A stretch of 32,000 nucleotides of DNA from Planctomycetales bacterium (GTDB lineage: Bacteria; 4484-113; JAFGCY01). Positions 22,706 through 31,900 of the stretch are shown here, in pieces; positions within the stretch are counted from its first letter, which is position 1, and every line of letters starts with the position of its first letter. The position numbers and the translations under genes were made by a program. The notes below the pieces were generated by a model. It searched no databases. It worked only from the letters and a program-made list of their open reading frames with translations, and had not been told where the DNA came from. The DNA lies in assembly GCA_022646745.1 (NCBI GenBank), contig CP060262.1, positions 270,001-302,000 on the forward strand, given 5' to 3'.

Positions 22706-23263
22706 ATGCGCATCCTCGCCTTCTCCGCTTCCCTGCGAAAGGATTCCCTCAACGGCAAGCTGATTGAAATCGCTGCCCGCCTTGCCCGTGAACATGGCGC
22801 TGAGGTGGACCTGGCTGACTTCTCCGAACTCGTGATGCCCAACTACAACTTCGATGTGGAGAAGCAGGGCTTCCCGCAGGAGTGCATCGCGCTGGGTAAG
22901 CGTGTGGAAGGCGTGCAGGGCATCATGGTCTCCACCCCGGAGTACAACCATTCCTTCCCCGGCACCCTGAAGAACTCCCTCGACTGGCTGTCCCGCCTGC
23001 GTCCGATGCCGCTGCGCGGCAAGTGCGTGCAGATCCTCAGTGCTGCCCCATCGCTTGTTGGCGGCAACCGGGCCGCCGAAGCGCTGAGCACCCCGCTGGA
23101 AGTGCTCGGGATGCATGTGATGCCAGACCGCTTCTCCCTCAACACCGCCAATGAGGCCTTTGATGAGCAGGGCGAACTGCTTGACCCGAAGCGACTGGAA
23201 CGGCTTGACGGAGCAATCCAGTACTTCCTGCGCGTGGTAAAGAGCATGCAGCTGATGGACTAG
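22706..23263 (+). CDS. NAD(P)H-dependent FMN reductase family flavoprotein, paralog 1
   Basis: MRILAFSASLRKDSLN, VSTPEYNHSFPGTLKNSLDW. Confidence 0.8.
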   Translation: MRILAFSASLRKDSLNGKLIEIAARLAREHGAEVDLADFSELVMPNYNFDVEKQGFPQECIALGKRVEGVQGIMVSTPEYNHSFPGTLKNSLDWLSRLRPMPLRGKCVQILSAAPSLVGGNRAAEALSTPLEVLGMHVMPDRFSLNTANEAFDEQGELLDPKRLERLDGAIQYFLRVVKSMQLMD

Positions 23264-23368
23264 GATAGGCCGCAGGGCTCTGGCCGGGGGCCTGCCAGTG
23301 TTACGGCGCTGTCTCATCAAATCACCCACTAGGCCATCACCAGCGGCCAGCGGACTTGAACCAGGCCT

Positions 23369-23389
23369 CTGGGCTCAGGGCTCGGGCCT
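23369..23389. repeat. Heptamer array ctgggct/cagggct/cgggcct
   Basis: Three 7-nt units in phase within the intergenic spacer. Confidence 0.5.
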
Positions 23390-23516
23390 TCGCTCCTAAC
23401 GGTCTTATCTCATCGATTCACTCTCAAAGCCCCAACCCTGAGGCCAGAGTACTTTTTCATACCAATAGTACAAAATGTCCATATATGGCCGAATATTTAG
23501 ATCTTTTGTCAATAAG

Positions 23517-23545
23517 TTGCAATTTATGCAATATATAACTATGAT
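23517..23545 (+). promoter_or_regulatory. Sigma70-type promoter TTGCAA-17 nt-TATGAT for FMN reductase paralog 2
   Basis: Located in an AT-rich stretch. The -10 element ends 41 nt before ATG 23587. The 10-bp palindrome CCATATATGG (23479-23488) lies upstream. Confidence 0.5.
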
Positions 23546-23548
23546 TTA

Positions 23549-23577
23549 CCCGGTGCACAACAATCCCGTGCACTGGG
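23549..23577 (+). promoter_or_regulatory. 5'-UTR hairpin overlapping the RBS of FMN reductase paralog 2
   Basis: CCCGGTGCAC (23549-23558) pairs with GTGCACTGGG (23568-23577), including one G-U pair, around a 9-nt loop. The right arm overlaps the SD GGGGAG (23575-23580). Confidence 0.45.
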
Positions 23578-23586
23578 GAGAATTAC

Positions 23587-24171
23587 ATGAAGATCCTGGT
23601 GTTCACACCCTGTCCCGAGGAAGGCTCGATCAACAGCCGGCTGGCCCGCCTGTGCACCCGTGTGGCGGAGAGCAAGGGAGTCGAGGTGGACTACGCCCCC
23701 TTTGCAGAGTTCGAGATGCCCTTCTATGACCGGCAGATGGAGGAGAACTACGGGCTGCCCCGCGGGGCACGAGAAATGGTGTCCCGCATCAGCACCGCCG
23801 ACGGGATTGTGATTGTCTCCCCTGAATACAACTGCAGCATGCCCGGCAGTCTGAAGAACGCGATCGACTGGATCAGCAAGTCCAACCCGATGCCGCTGCG
23901 CGGCAAGGTGATCCAGCTGATGAGTGCCGGAGATGACAGCCATGGCGGTCGCCAGGGCCTGTGGTCGCTGCGCATCCCGCTGGAATCACTCAACGCCTTT
24001 GTGCTGCCGCAGATGTACTGCCTGGCGGAAGCCACGCGTGCCATCCGCAAGGACGGAGAACTGAGCGAACGCTCGCAGGCCGAGATGCTCAGCGACATCG
24101 TCGAGGAGTTCCTGCTGACCGTGCGCCGCTTCAAGAAGCATCCGGTCGGCTCCTACATCACCGTTGGCTAG
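23587..24171 (+). CDS. NAD(P)H-dependent FMN reductase family flavoprotein, paralog 2
   Basis: MKILVFTPCPEEGSINS, VSPEYNCSMPGSLKNAIDW. Clearly paralogous to 22706-23263. Confidence 0.8.
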   Translation: MKILVFTPCPEEGSINSRLARLCTRVAESKGVEVDYAPFAEFEMPFYDRQMEENYGLPRGAREMVSRISTADGIVIVSPEYNCSMPGSLKNAIDWISKSNPMPLRGKVIQLMSAGDDSHGGRQGLWSLRIPLESLNAFVLPQMYCLAEATRAIRKDGELSERSQAEMLSDIVEEFLLTVRRFKKHPVGSYITVG

Positions 24172-24173
24172 CG

Positions 24174-25907
24174 CTACTCGCTCTTGAGCGTCGACACGCC
24201 ACCCTTGACGGAGTCAGCGGTCACCGTGAACGGGCCGCTGCCACGCACGATCCAGCGCACGTAGACCGCATCGCCGAAGGACACGCTGCTCAGCTCGACA
24301 TTGCCCGGGTCACGCTGCTGCTCACGCGGGCGGCGGAAGAACATGTCGTTGTCACGCATCGCTGTCAGCACCTTCATCCCGTTGCCACCCTTGAGGCTGA
24401 CGATGTCAGGCCGTACCAGCGAACTGCGCTCGGCCACGCTCAACCTGGTCGGGATCAGGTGGTCGTTGACGATCACCGCGGTGACCTCGGTCATGCCGTG
24501 GTCCAGCTGCTTCACGCTCACGCTGTCAACGCGGATGCGCGGCAGCTGCGAGGCGTGGTAGACAGTGAAGGCCATGTTGCGGTGCAGCTCCTCCTGCAGG
24601 AGGAAGCTCGGTGGCTGGCGGCCGTAGCTCTTCTTGTAGCCGCCGACCTCGACCGTGCCGTAGTCTGGGTGCTCCACTTCATGCCAGGGCACGAAGGCTT
24701 CGCCGAACAGCAGCTGGTCGTTGAAGCGCGCCTGGTCGGTGCGGTCCCCCTGCCAGCTGCCGTCATTGGCGGTGCGGAAGTAGTTGAAGGAGGTCCACAT
24801 CTCATTGGTGTAGGCCAGCGCGCCGATGCTGGCGTACCACCAGTCCAGCTCGCCACCATGCACCGTGTAGAGGTCCTCCCAGGTGATCATGTACTTGTAG
24901 CCCGGCAGCATCTCCTCGCCGCGCTTGCCGATCGCGTCATAGACCTGGCGGTCCGAGCGGCTGTAGGTGTTCTCCTCGGCGCCGGGTCCACTGAGGATCA
25001 TGCCGCCGGCGTTGTGGAAGGACTGCGCGCCACCGATGTTCGGGTGCGCCAGCGCGAAGTCAGCCACGGCCCGGTTCTCCTGCAGCGAGAAGGGGTAGCG
25101 GTAGGCGCCCCACTGGATGTGCCCGGGCTGCCAGTCGTAGCCCCAGTCGCGGTTCGGGTCGTAGCCGCCGGCGCCGTCCTCGTTCACCATCCCGTCGCCG
25201 TCGTTGTCATACCCTTCCTCACCGAGCATCGTCCAGCCGCCGATCTCGTCCTGCTCGGCGCGCACCATCATCCAGGGGTACTCATCGTCCTCCTTCCAGC
25301 GGCCATTCGGGTCCTTCACGCGCATCGAGACGATGTGGCCGTCGCCATCGAGGTCGTCGTCGTCATCCTCGTCAAACAGGCCGTCACGGTCGTTGTCAAT
25401 CGGTCGCTGGCCTGTGCGCGGGCCATTAGTGTTGGCGGCCTCGTGCAGGTGCACGTCACGGCTGTCCGGGCTCATCATCGGCAGGATGTAGAACACCTGG
25501 CTGTCGACGATCTCCCTGATCTGCTTCATCTGCGAGTAGCCCTCGATCAGGAACCACGCCGTGTACAGCGCGCCGTCACTGCCCTGGATCTCGTTGGCAT
25601 GGATGCCGCCGTCCAGCCAGAAGGCCGGCTTGCGGGCCTCGTCCCCCGTGCTGAAGTTGGTTATCGTCATCACCCACATCTCGCGGCCCTGCCAGCTCGT
25701 GCCGATGCTGTCCAGCCGGCAGATGTCCGGGTGCGCCGCCGCCAGGTCCTGCAGCAGCTTGGTCTGTGCGTCGTAGTCACGGTAGAAGTCCCAGGCCGCG
25801 GGGACCTTCGGGTCCACCGGGCGGCCGATCAACGGGTAGCCGTCATCAGCGAATGCGCTGCCCAGCAGGCAGGCTCCGGCAAGGATCATTGCAATCAGTT
25901 TCTTCAT
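24174..25907 (-). CDS. Secreted M14-family zinc carboxypeptidase (catalytically intact) with Asp-rich Ca-binding-like inserts
   Basis: Signal peptide MKKLIAMILAGACLLGSAFA. Zn and catalytic residues are present: HANE, DPNRDW, SFHNAG, YTNEMW. DxDxDG-like runs are present. The AGGAGG SD overlaps the upstream gene's TAG stop. Confidence 0.8.
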   Translation of the reverse strand: MKKLIAMILAGACLLGSAFADDGYPLIGRPVDPKVPAAWDFYRDYDAQTKLLQDLAAAHPDICRLDSIGTSWQGREMWVMTITNFSTGDEARKPAFWLDGGIHANEIQGSDGALYTAWFLIEGYSQMKQIREIVDSQVFYILPMMSPDSRDVHLHEAANTNGPRTGQRPIDNDRDGLFDEDDDDDLDGDGHIVSMRVKDPNGRWKEDDEYPWMMVRAEQDEIGGWTMLGEEGYDNDGDGMVNEDGAGGYDPNRDWGYDWQPGHIQWGAYRYPFSLQENRAVADFALAHPNIGGAQSFHNAGGMILSGPGAEENTYSRSDRQVYDAIGKRGEEMLPGYKYMITWEDLYTVHGGELDWWYASIGALAYTNEMWTSFNYFRTANDGSWQGDRTDQARFNDQLLFGEAFVPWHEVEHPDYGTVEVGGYKKSYGRQPPSFLLQEELHRNMAFTVYHASQLPRIRVDSVSVKQLDHGMTEVTAVIVNDHLIPTRLSVAERSSLVRPDIVSLKGGNGMKVLTAMRDNDMFFRRPREQQRDPGNVELSSVSFGDAVYVRWIVRGSGPFTVTADSVKGGVSTLKSE

Positions 25908-25916
25908 CACTTCCTC

Positions 25917-27632
25917 CTAGCTACCCAGCTCTGCGCTGCCGCGCGCCATGCCGACACTCGGGCTGGCAACCACCAGCCTGATCGCGCCACCCTGCGGTGC
26001 CACCACCAGCCAGCTGAACTCCGTCTGTGCCCCGAGGCCCTCGATCCTATCGAGCCGGCCGCGCAGCGCGCCGTTGAGCAGGCTGGCTCCGGCCGGCAGC
26101 TCGAGCGCGATGTTGAGCGGGTAGTCCTGGCGGATGCTCGCCGCCTTGCGGGTGCTGGTCGGCAGGTAGCCGCTGTTCGTCACATGGGCCGTCACGCGGT
26201 ACAGGCCCTCGCCGAGGTCGTCAACCTCCACTTCACTGATCGCCACTGCCGGCACGAGCCCGGTCAGCATGCGCAGGAAGTCGAAGTGCTTCGTTGCCAG
26301 TGCGGCGATCTCGGAAGCCGGCGGGTTCGTGCGCAGGTAGGGGCGGAAGCCGCCGACCTGCACGGTGCGGCCCGGGAAGTCCGCGTTGGCAACATCGGTC
26401 CAGTCCACAAAGCCGTCAATGCCCTGGGACTCGAACCACTTCAGGGCATTGATCTCATCCGCCCCGCGCTTCTCGTCACTCTTCTTCGGTTTCTCGGCTT
26501 CCTTGCCCTCCTCGGCCGCCTCGCCTTCGGCTGGTGCTTCCGGCTTGAACTCCGGCACCCACCAGGCGCGGGTGCTGATGCTCCAGGCACCGTAGTGGAA
26601 GTAGGCCCAGTCGGCGAAGCTGCCGCGCGGGTTGGCACTGCCCGGGAAGTTTTCCTTGCCAAGCAGCTCAACGCCCTGCTTGGCAAGCCAGTCAAGGTTG
26701 CCGATGTCACTGCCTTCGGCGGACTCATGGCGCAGCTTGCCGTGGTCATCCTTCCAGGGCTGGCGGATGTTGTCCTCCGGCCCGAAGCTCAGCACGATGC
26801 TGATCTGCTGGTTGTTGAACAGCCAGTCGATCACGCTGCGGGTCTCGGGTTCGCTCACCGGCCAGGGCCCGCTGCCCTCCGCACGGTCGTCATAGTTGAA
26901 CGTTGTGTTGCGGTTGAAGTCCACGCCACCGCTGCGGTCCTCGTTCCACTGCTCGTCGTCATCATTGTCGCGACCCTCGCTGTATAGGCGCCAGCTGCCC
27001 TGCTCGTTGTCATCGCGCTTGGCACGGATCAGCACCCGCGGGTCATCCGGATGCTCCATCCACTCGCCGGCCGGATCGCTCACGCGCATCATGGTCAGCA
27101 TGCCGTCACCATTCAGGTCCTCACCGGGGTCCTCGTCCACCCGCCCGTCGCGGTCGTCATCTGATGGAGTGCCGTTGGTCTCACGCTCGTAGTCTCCATT
27201 CGTGAAGAAGTACTCCGTCGCATCCGGCGTCGGGCTGGGCAGGAAGTAGAAGTCATGCTGCTCCAGGAAGGCCAGCAGCTCCGTGTCGTCATCGAGGCTG
27301 TCCAGCACGCGCTGCGCCAGCTCGAGGCAGATCTCACGCCCCGCCAGGTCACTTGCCTGGGTATTGCCGATCACCGCGATCGCCGGCCGCGCCATCGTGT
27401 CACCGACGGCGTTCAAGAGCTCAGTCGAGCCGCCGATGCGCAGCACGAGGATGTCGCGGCCCTCAGCTGTCTTGCCGATGCTCATCAGCTCGCATTCGGG
27501 CGCTTGCGCCATCCGTTCCATTTCCGCCCTGAGCGCAGCATGGTTACGGTAGCCCTCCAGCGGAGCGGCGGCGGCAGGTGGTGGCAGCAGGTACAGGATG
27601 CTCAGCAGGCATGTACAGATGAGAGTTCTCAT
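25917..27632 (-). CDS. M14-like paralog lacking Zn ligands and catalytic Glu (probable pseudopeptidase), secreted
   Basis: Same architecture and Asp-rich inserts as 24174-25907, but HxxE becomes NTQA, SFH becomes SFG and TNEMW becomes STRAWW. NR is retained (DFNRNT). Signal peptide MRTLICTCLLSILYLLPPPAAAAP. Confidence 0.7.
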   Translation of the reverse strand: MRTLICTCLLSILYLLPPPAAAAPLEGYRNHAALRAEMERMAQAPECELMSIGKTAEGRDILVLRIGGSTELLNAVGDTMARPAIAVIGNTQASDLAGREICLELAQRVLDSLDDDTELLAFLEQHDFYFLPSPTPDATEYFFTNGDYERETNGTPSDDDRDGRVDEDPGEDLNGDGMLTMMRVSDPAGEWMEHPDDPRVLIRAKRDDNEQGSWRLYSEGRDNDDDEQWNEDRSGGVDFNRNTTFNYDDRAEGSGPWPVSEPETRSVIDWLFNNQQISIVLSFGPEDNIRQPWKDDHGKLRHESAEGSDIGNLDWLAKQGVELLGKENFPGSANPRGSFADWAYFHYGAWSISTRAWWVPEFKPEAPAEGEAAEEGKEAEKPKKSDEKRGADEINALKWFESQGIDGFVDWTDVANADFPGRTVQVGGFRPYLRTNPPASEIAALATKHFDFLRMLTGLVPAVAISEVEVDDLGEGLYRVTAHVTNSGYLPTSTRKAASIRQDYPLNIALELPAGASLLNGALRGRLDRIEGLGAQTEFSWLVVAPQGGAIRLVVASPSVGMARGSAELGS

Positions 27633-27721
27633 GAAGTGGATCTCCCGCAGGATATGGCCCAATATAAGTGGCACCAATTGTAACGCGGAGTACAAATTCC
27701 GTACAGCATGACGCGCGGACC

Positions 27722-27727
27722 TATAAT
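27722..27727 (+). promoter_or_regulatory. TATAAT box 6 nt upstream of the M42 peptidase ATG (possible leaderless transcript)
   Basis: TATAAT-CGGTCC-ATG(27734). No SD and no convincing -35 element. Confidence 0.3.
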
Positions 27728-27733
27728 CGGTCC

Positions 27734-28795
27734 ATGGCAGACCGAACGCGGATTGCAGAGACGCTGGAGCAGCTTGTACTCACCGCCGCCGTCAGCGGCA
27801 GCGAGCATCGCCTGCGGGCGGTGATCGAACGGCAGCTCGCCGGACTGGGCATCGACCGGTCCCGGATCGGGCATGACCGGATGGGCAACCTCTGGCTTCA
27901 CTGCGGGCCTGACGGTGAACCGCAGCGCCTGCTGGTGGCCCACATGGACGAGATCGGCTGGCGCATCAGCTCAATCAGGCCGGACGGGCATTGCCACCTC
28001 ACCCCGCTGGGCGGCAATGATGCCCAGCTCTACGAAGGCACGCGCGTGCATGTGCACACCGAGAACGGCAGCCTGCCGGCCGCGATCGCCCCGGTCAGCC
28101 TGCACATCACCGACCGCCAGGGCCTCGGCCCGAAGCACCGGCTCGGTCCGAATGAACTGCTGCTGGATGTCGGCGCAGACAGCGCTGAAGCAGTAGCCAG
28201 GCTGGGCATCAGCCTGCTGGACAGCGTGACCTGGCCCAAGAGCTTTGAGCTGGTTGGCGAGGACTGGGTGCAGGCCCGCAGCCTGGATGACCGCTTCGGC
28301 TGTGCCGCGCTCGTTGAGCTGGCTGCAGAGCTTGAGAAGAATCCCCCTGCCGTCCCGACCATCCTGGCCTGGGCGGTGCAGGAGGAACTCGGCTTGCGCG
28401 GTGCCCGTGCCCTGGCGCAGCGCTTTGGCAACTGCTCGGAAGTGATCGCAATCGACAGCATGACCGTCGGCAGCGGCCCACGGGACAACCGCCAGTTCAA
28501 TGCGGTGCAGCCCGGAAGTGGTCCTGCGCTGCGCAGCTTCGATTCCACCGTGATAGTCGGCGAGCCGGACCGGCAGGCCATCATCGCCCGGGCCAGTGAG
28601 CTGGGCCATGCCTTGCAGGTCGGCTTCATGCCAGGCGGCAATGACGCCTCCGTGTTCCAGGATGGCAATGCGCTTTGCTTCGCCTTTGGCGTGGCCCTGC
28701 AATACAGCCACAGCATGGTGGAACGGATCCGGCTGGCTGACCTCGTTACTTTGTGCAGCCTGCTCGAGGACTGGTGCGGCGCGGACTGCATCTGA
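27734..28795 (+). CDS. M42-family metallo-aminopeptidase (FrvX / glutamyl aminopeptidase-like)
   Basis: VAHMDEIGW, SLDDRFGC, VQEELGLRGA, AIDS, PGGNDAS and YSHSMVE metal-ligand motifs, in the canonical order. Confidence 0.8.
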   Translation: MADRTRIAETLEQLVLTAAVSGSEHRLRAVIERQLAGLGIDRSRIGHDRMGNLWLHCGPDGEPQRLLVAHMDEIGWRISSIRPDGHCHLTPLGGNDAQLYEGTRVHVHTENGSLPAAIAPVSLHITDRQGLGPKHRLGPNELLLDVGADSAEAVARLGISLLDSVTWPKSFELVGEDWVQARSLDDRFGCAALVELAAELEKNPPAVPTILAWAVQEELGLRGARALAQRFGNCSEVIAIDSMTVGSGPRDNRQFNAVQPGSGPALRSFDSTVIVGEPDRQAIIARASELGHALQVGFMPGGNDASVFQDGNALCFAFGVALQYSHSMVERIRLADLVTLCSLLEDWCGADCI

Positions 28796-28905
28796 TTCTT
28801 CACCACCTGCTTAACAGATTGCCGCAACACCTGATTATTTACATGAACCGGGTTATGACCCGACCTGAGGCACCACCCCTGGACCAGGTGCCGGGAGGAC
28901 CAGAC

Positions 28906-31900
28906 ATGAAAATGTACCTGAAGATTTGCTGTGCTTTACTGCTGCTCCTGTGTCTCACCGCCTGTTCCGGCGGTGGTTCCGGCCTGCAGGATCAAGCCAG
29001 CAGTGCACGCCTGGACAGCACTCCGGCAGGCAGCGCACCTGGGCTGCCGGGCCTTGCCGGACTTGACCAGCTTTCCGCGGGCAGCCGTGAGGCCAGCATC
29101 CTCGGGCCGGGCTGGTATGAGCTGTGGCATGAGGACATCATTGACTCCGCGTCCATGACCGAAGACCTCGGCAACGGGATCATCCTGTCTCCCGGAGCAG
29201 GCAATGCCTATGCGCTCTACTGCCTGCGCGGCTTCAATTCCGACTTCAGCCCGACCTCCCTGAGGGTCATGCCGGATGCCGGAGGTCCGTCCTACATGCT
29301 GTTGTTTGCCGATTTCGTCAGCGGCCGCTGGACCAGTACCGGTCCGCATACCGGCAACGTTGAGATAGAAGTGCCAGGCACGGAAAACGGCACGCGGCAT
29401 CCGCTGGACTTCGTTTCGCCTGCCGGACGGGTCTACGTGGCAGTACTGACGGATGGCTCCGGCAGCGACCTGAAGATTGACAACATTGAGCTAGGCATAC
29501 ACGGTGGCCTGCTTGCACCGCGCCCTCCGAGCTCGGTGTTTGCATCGCTGTACACGAACGGCAGCGTCGCCAACTGGGAGCACAGCCCTGACTACAACAA
29601 ACCGGATTTCGCCGGTTACGTCGTTGAGCGCAAGGACCTGCTGACGAATGAATGGGGGACCGTGGCGAATACCACGCCGCTGGACACTTCCGTCCTGCTC
29701 CCCGGCCCTCGCCAGGTTACCGGCTACCGCGTAGCAGCGCTGGATGTCGCCGGCAACCAGAGCAGCTGGACCTTCACAAATGACGGGGGCGGCATCCTCA
29801 CAGCTTCAGAGGTGATGCAAGTTGATGTGGTGATGCCACGTGGCCCGTTGCATGGACCGGTCGAGGTGGACTTTGACCTCAGCGGGTCGAGCTCGCCGAC
29901 CGATCCGATCATGGAATACCAGGTCGACTTTGAGGACAACTCCCTCGACTACGTTGGCGCCAGCCCGACCATCTCGCGCGTCCTGCAGCCCGGCTGTTAC
30001 TACATCCGCTTCGCCGTCAACGACGGCAGCGGTTTCGGTGCGGACTTCGGCGAGACCTCGCGAACCCTGGTAGTCTACCCACAATGGGAGCCAAGCCCGC
30101 TGCTTGTGCAGGAAGCAGACCTGTTCTCCCCAGTCGGACGCTTCACTACCGTGAATGGCATTGCGATGCAGGGGACAGACGACCTGCTGGTGGTTTCCGA
30201 TGACCTGACCCTGCCCGGCACGGTGATCAGGCGTGGCCGCCCCGGCAGTTTCAGCTTTGACAGCCTGCCTTTCATCGGTGATGCACCACACCAGTACAGT
30301 GACCCTGCACTACTCGGTGATACTGCCTATCTCGGTGTCAAGGCCGGCAGCGGTCAAAACTACATCATTGCCTGTTCTCCAGGGGGCAGCCACATCATTG
30401 AAGGCAGCTTCAGCTTCACGAGGCTCGTGCCTGTCAGCAACGGCGAGTCCCTGTTCCTGATCATCACGACCGCGACCGCAGTCGGCTTTGCCGACCTGAC
30501 AGGCGGAAGCAGCCTTGTGCCGATCGCTACCGGGCTGACCGGCAACAACTACATGGATGCCTGCTGGAACCCGGTCACCGCGACGGTTGACATCATGCTT
30601 GACGACGGAGGCTCGCTGAGCTACTTATCCTGGGATCCCGCAGCGATGATCATCACTGACGACGATTCCGCCCTGCTGTCCCCCGTGGAGGGCGGCATTG
30701 ACGTGGAAGCTGACCCCACCACCGGCGAGCTCTGTGTTGTCAGCCGCAGCGTGGCGAAGAATGTCTTCCTGCGTAAGCCTGCCGGTGGTGCCTTCGCTGC
30801 GCCACAGGAGATAGACAGCCCGATCATCAATTACTGGCCCGCTGACCAGGCATGGCATGGCGGCGTACCCTATGCGACCTTCGCCGGCGGCGGCGGGGAA
30901 ACCCGCACCTACCGGCTGGATGCCGCCGGGGCCACGACCTACAACACGGCTGACTACACCGTGGACGGCTTCTACACGGGCTGCCTGCTGGATGACCCCG
31001 CCAGCGGCAAGCTGCTGGTCTGCGACCGGGACAGCAGCGCCAGCCTGTACATCGCCGAGCTCAATGATGACGACAGCGAAACCATCCTCGAGACCCTGCT
31101 GAGTGACCGCGGCTGGGGCCGCTGGCTGGACAGCGCGGTCGGGGCGGACGGATACCACCTCATCATGGGCAATGCATTCCTGAACGGCGTCAGCCACATG
31201 GTCAGCGCTGACGGCGCTGGCTGGACCACCATGGGAAGCGCAACCACCGACGGTTATGTGGACCTGTTTGACAACAGGGCAGGTGAGGTGTTCATGACCC
31301 TGCGTGACGCAAGCGGCTATGACGTCTCATACTGGGATGGCGCTGCCTGGAGCAATCGCTGGATCGTACCGGGTGCCCAGACCCGCGAGGCCGTCTCGGC
31401 AGGCAACCGCGCGTCCAATACCACGGCCTGGGTGCTGGAGGACACTGTCGCTGCCAACCTGCTGCGCTCACAGGGCAACGCCGGCGGCTTCACCACATCG
31501 ACGACGGCATTCCCGGAAACCACGCACATCCACAAGGGCCGCCTGGTGTATGACAGCATTGGCGGGATCAGCCCGGCCTTCGTGCTCTATTCAAAGCCGG
31601 CGGTGTTCCAGTCATTCGGACTGCTCAATGCCTACAGCGGTGATGTGCAGGACATCACCTGGTTCAGTGACGGATCGACGCTGATCAGCGACCTTGCCTC
31701 ATTTGACGACAGAGAGACAGCGGCGCGCACAATGGAGATGCTGCCATTCCGCAGCGGCACGACCCGTTACAACGCAACCCAGATCGCATGCTGGAGCGTC
31801 GGCGGGTACAACGGTTCCGCCTTCCGCTACACCTTCAGGAATGACAGCGGGGTCGCGAAGGACATCGCCATGAACACGCTGCCTTTCCGCAACGTGGACT

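Noticed and set aside
23961-26987. 1008-aa ORF on the plus strand, the longest ORF in the track
   Set aside because: It runs antisense across two minus-strand genes that have clear M14 peptidase motifs and signal peptides. Its product is Arg/Ala/His/Val/Gly-rich low-complexity sequence, typical of shadow ORFs in high-GC DNA, and it has no RBS.
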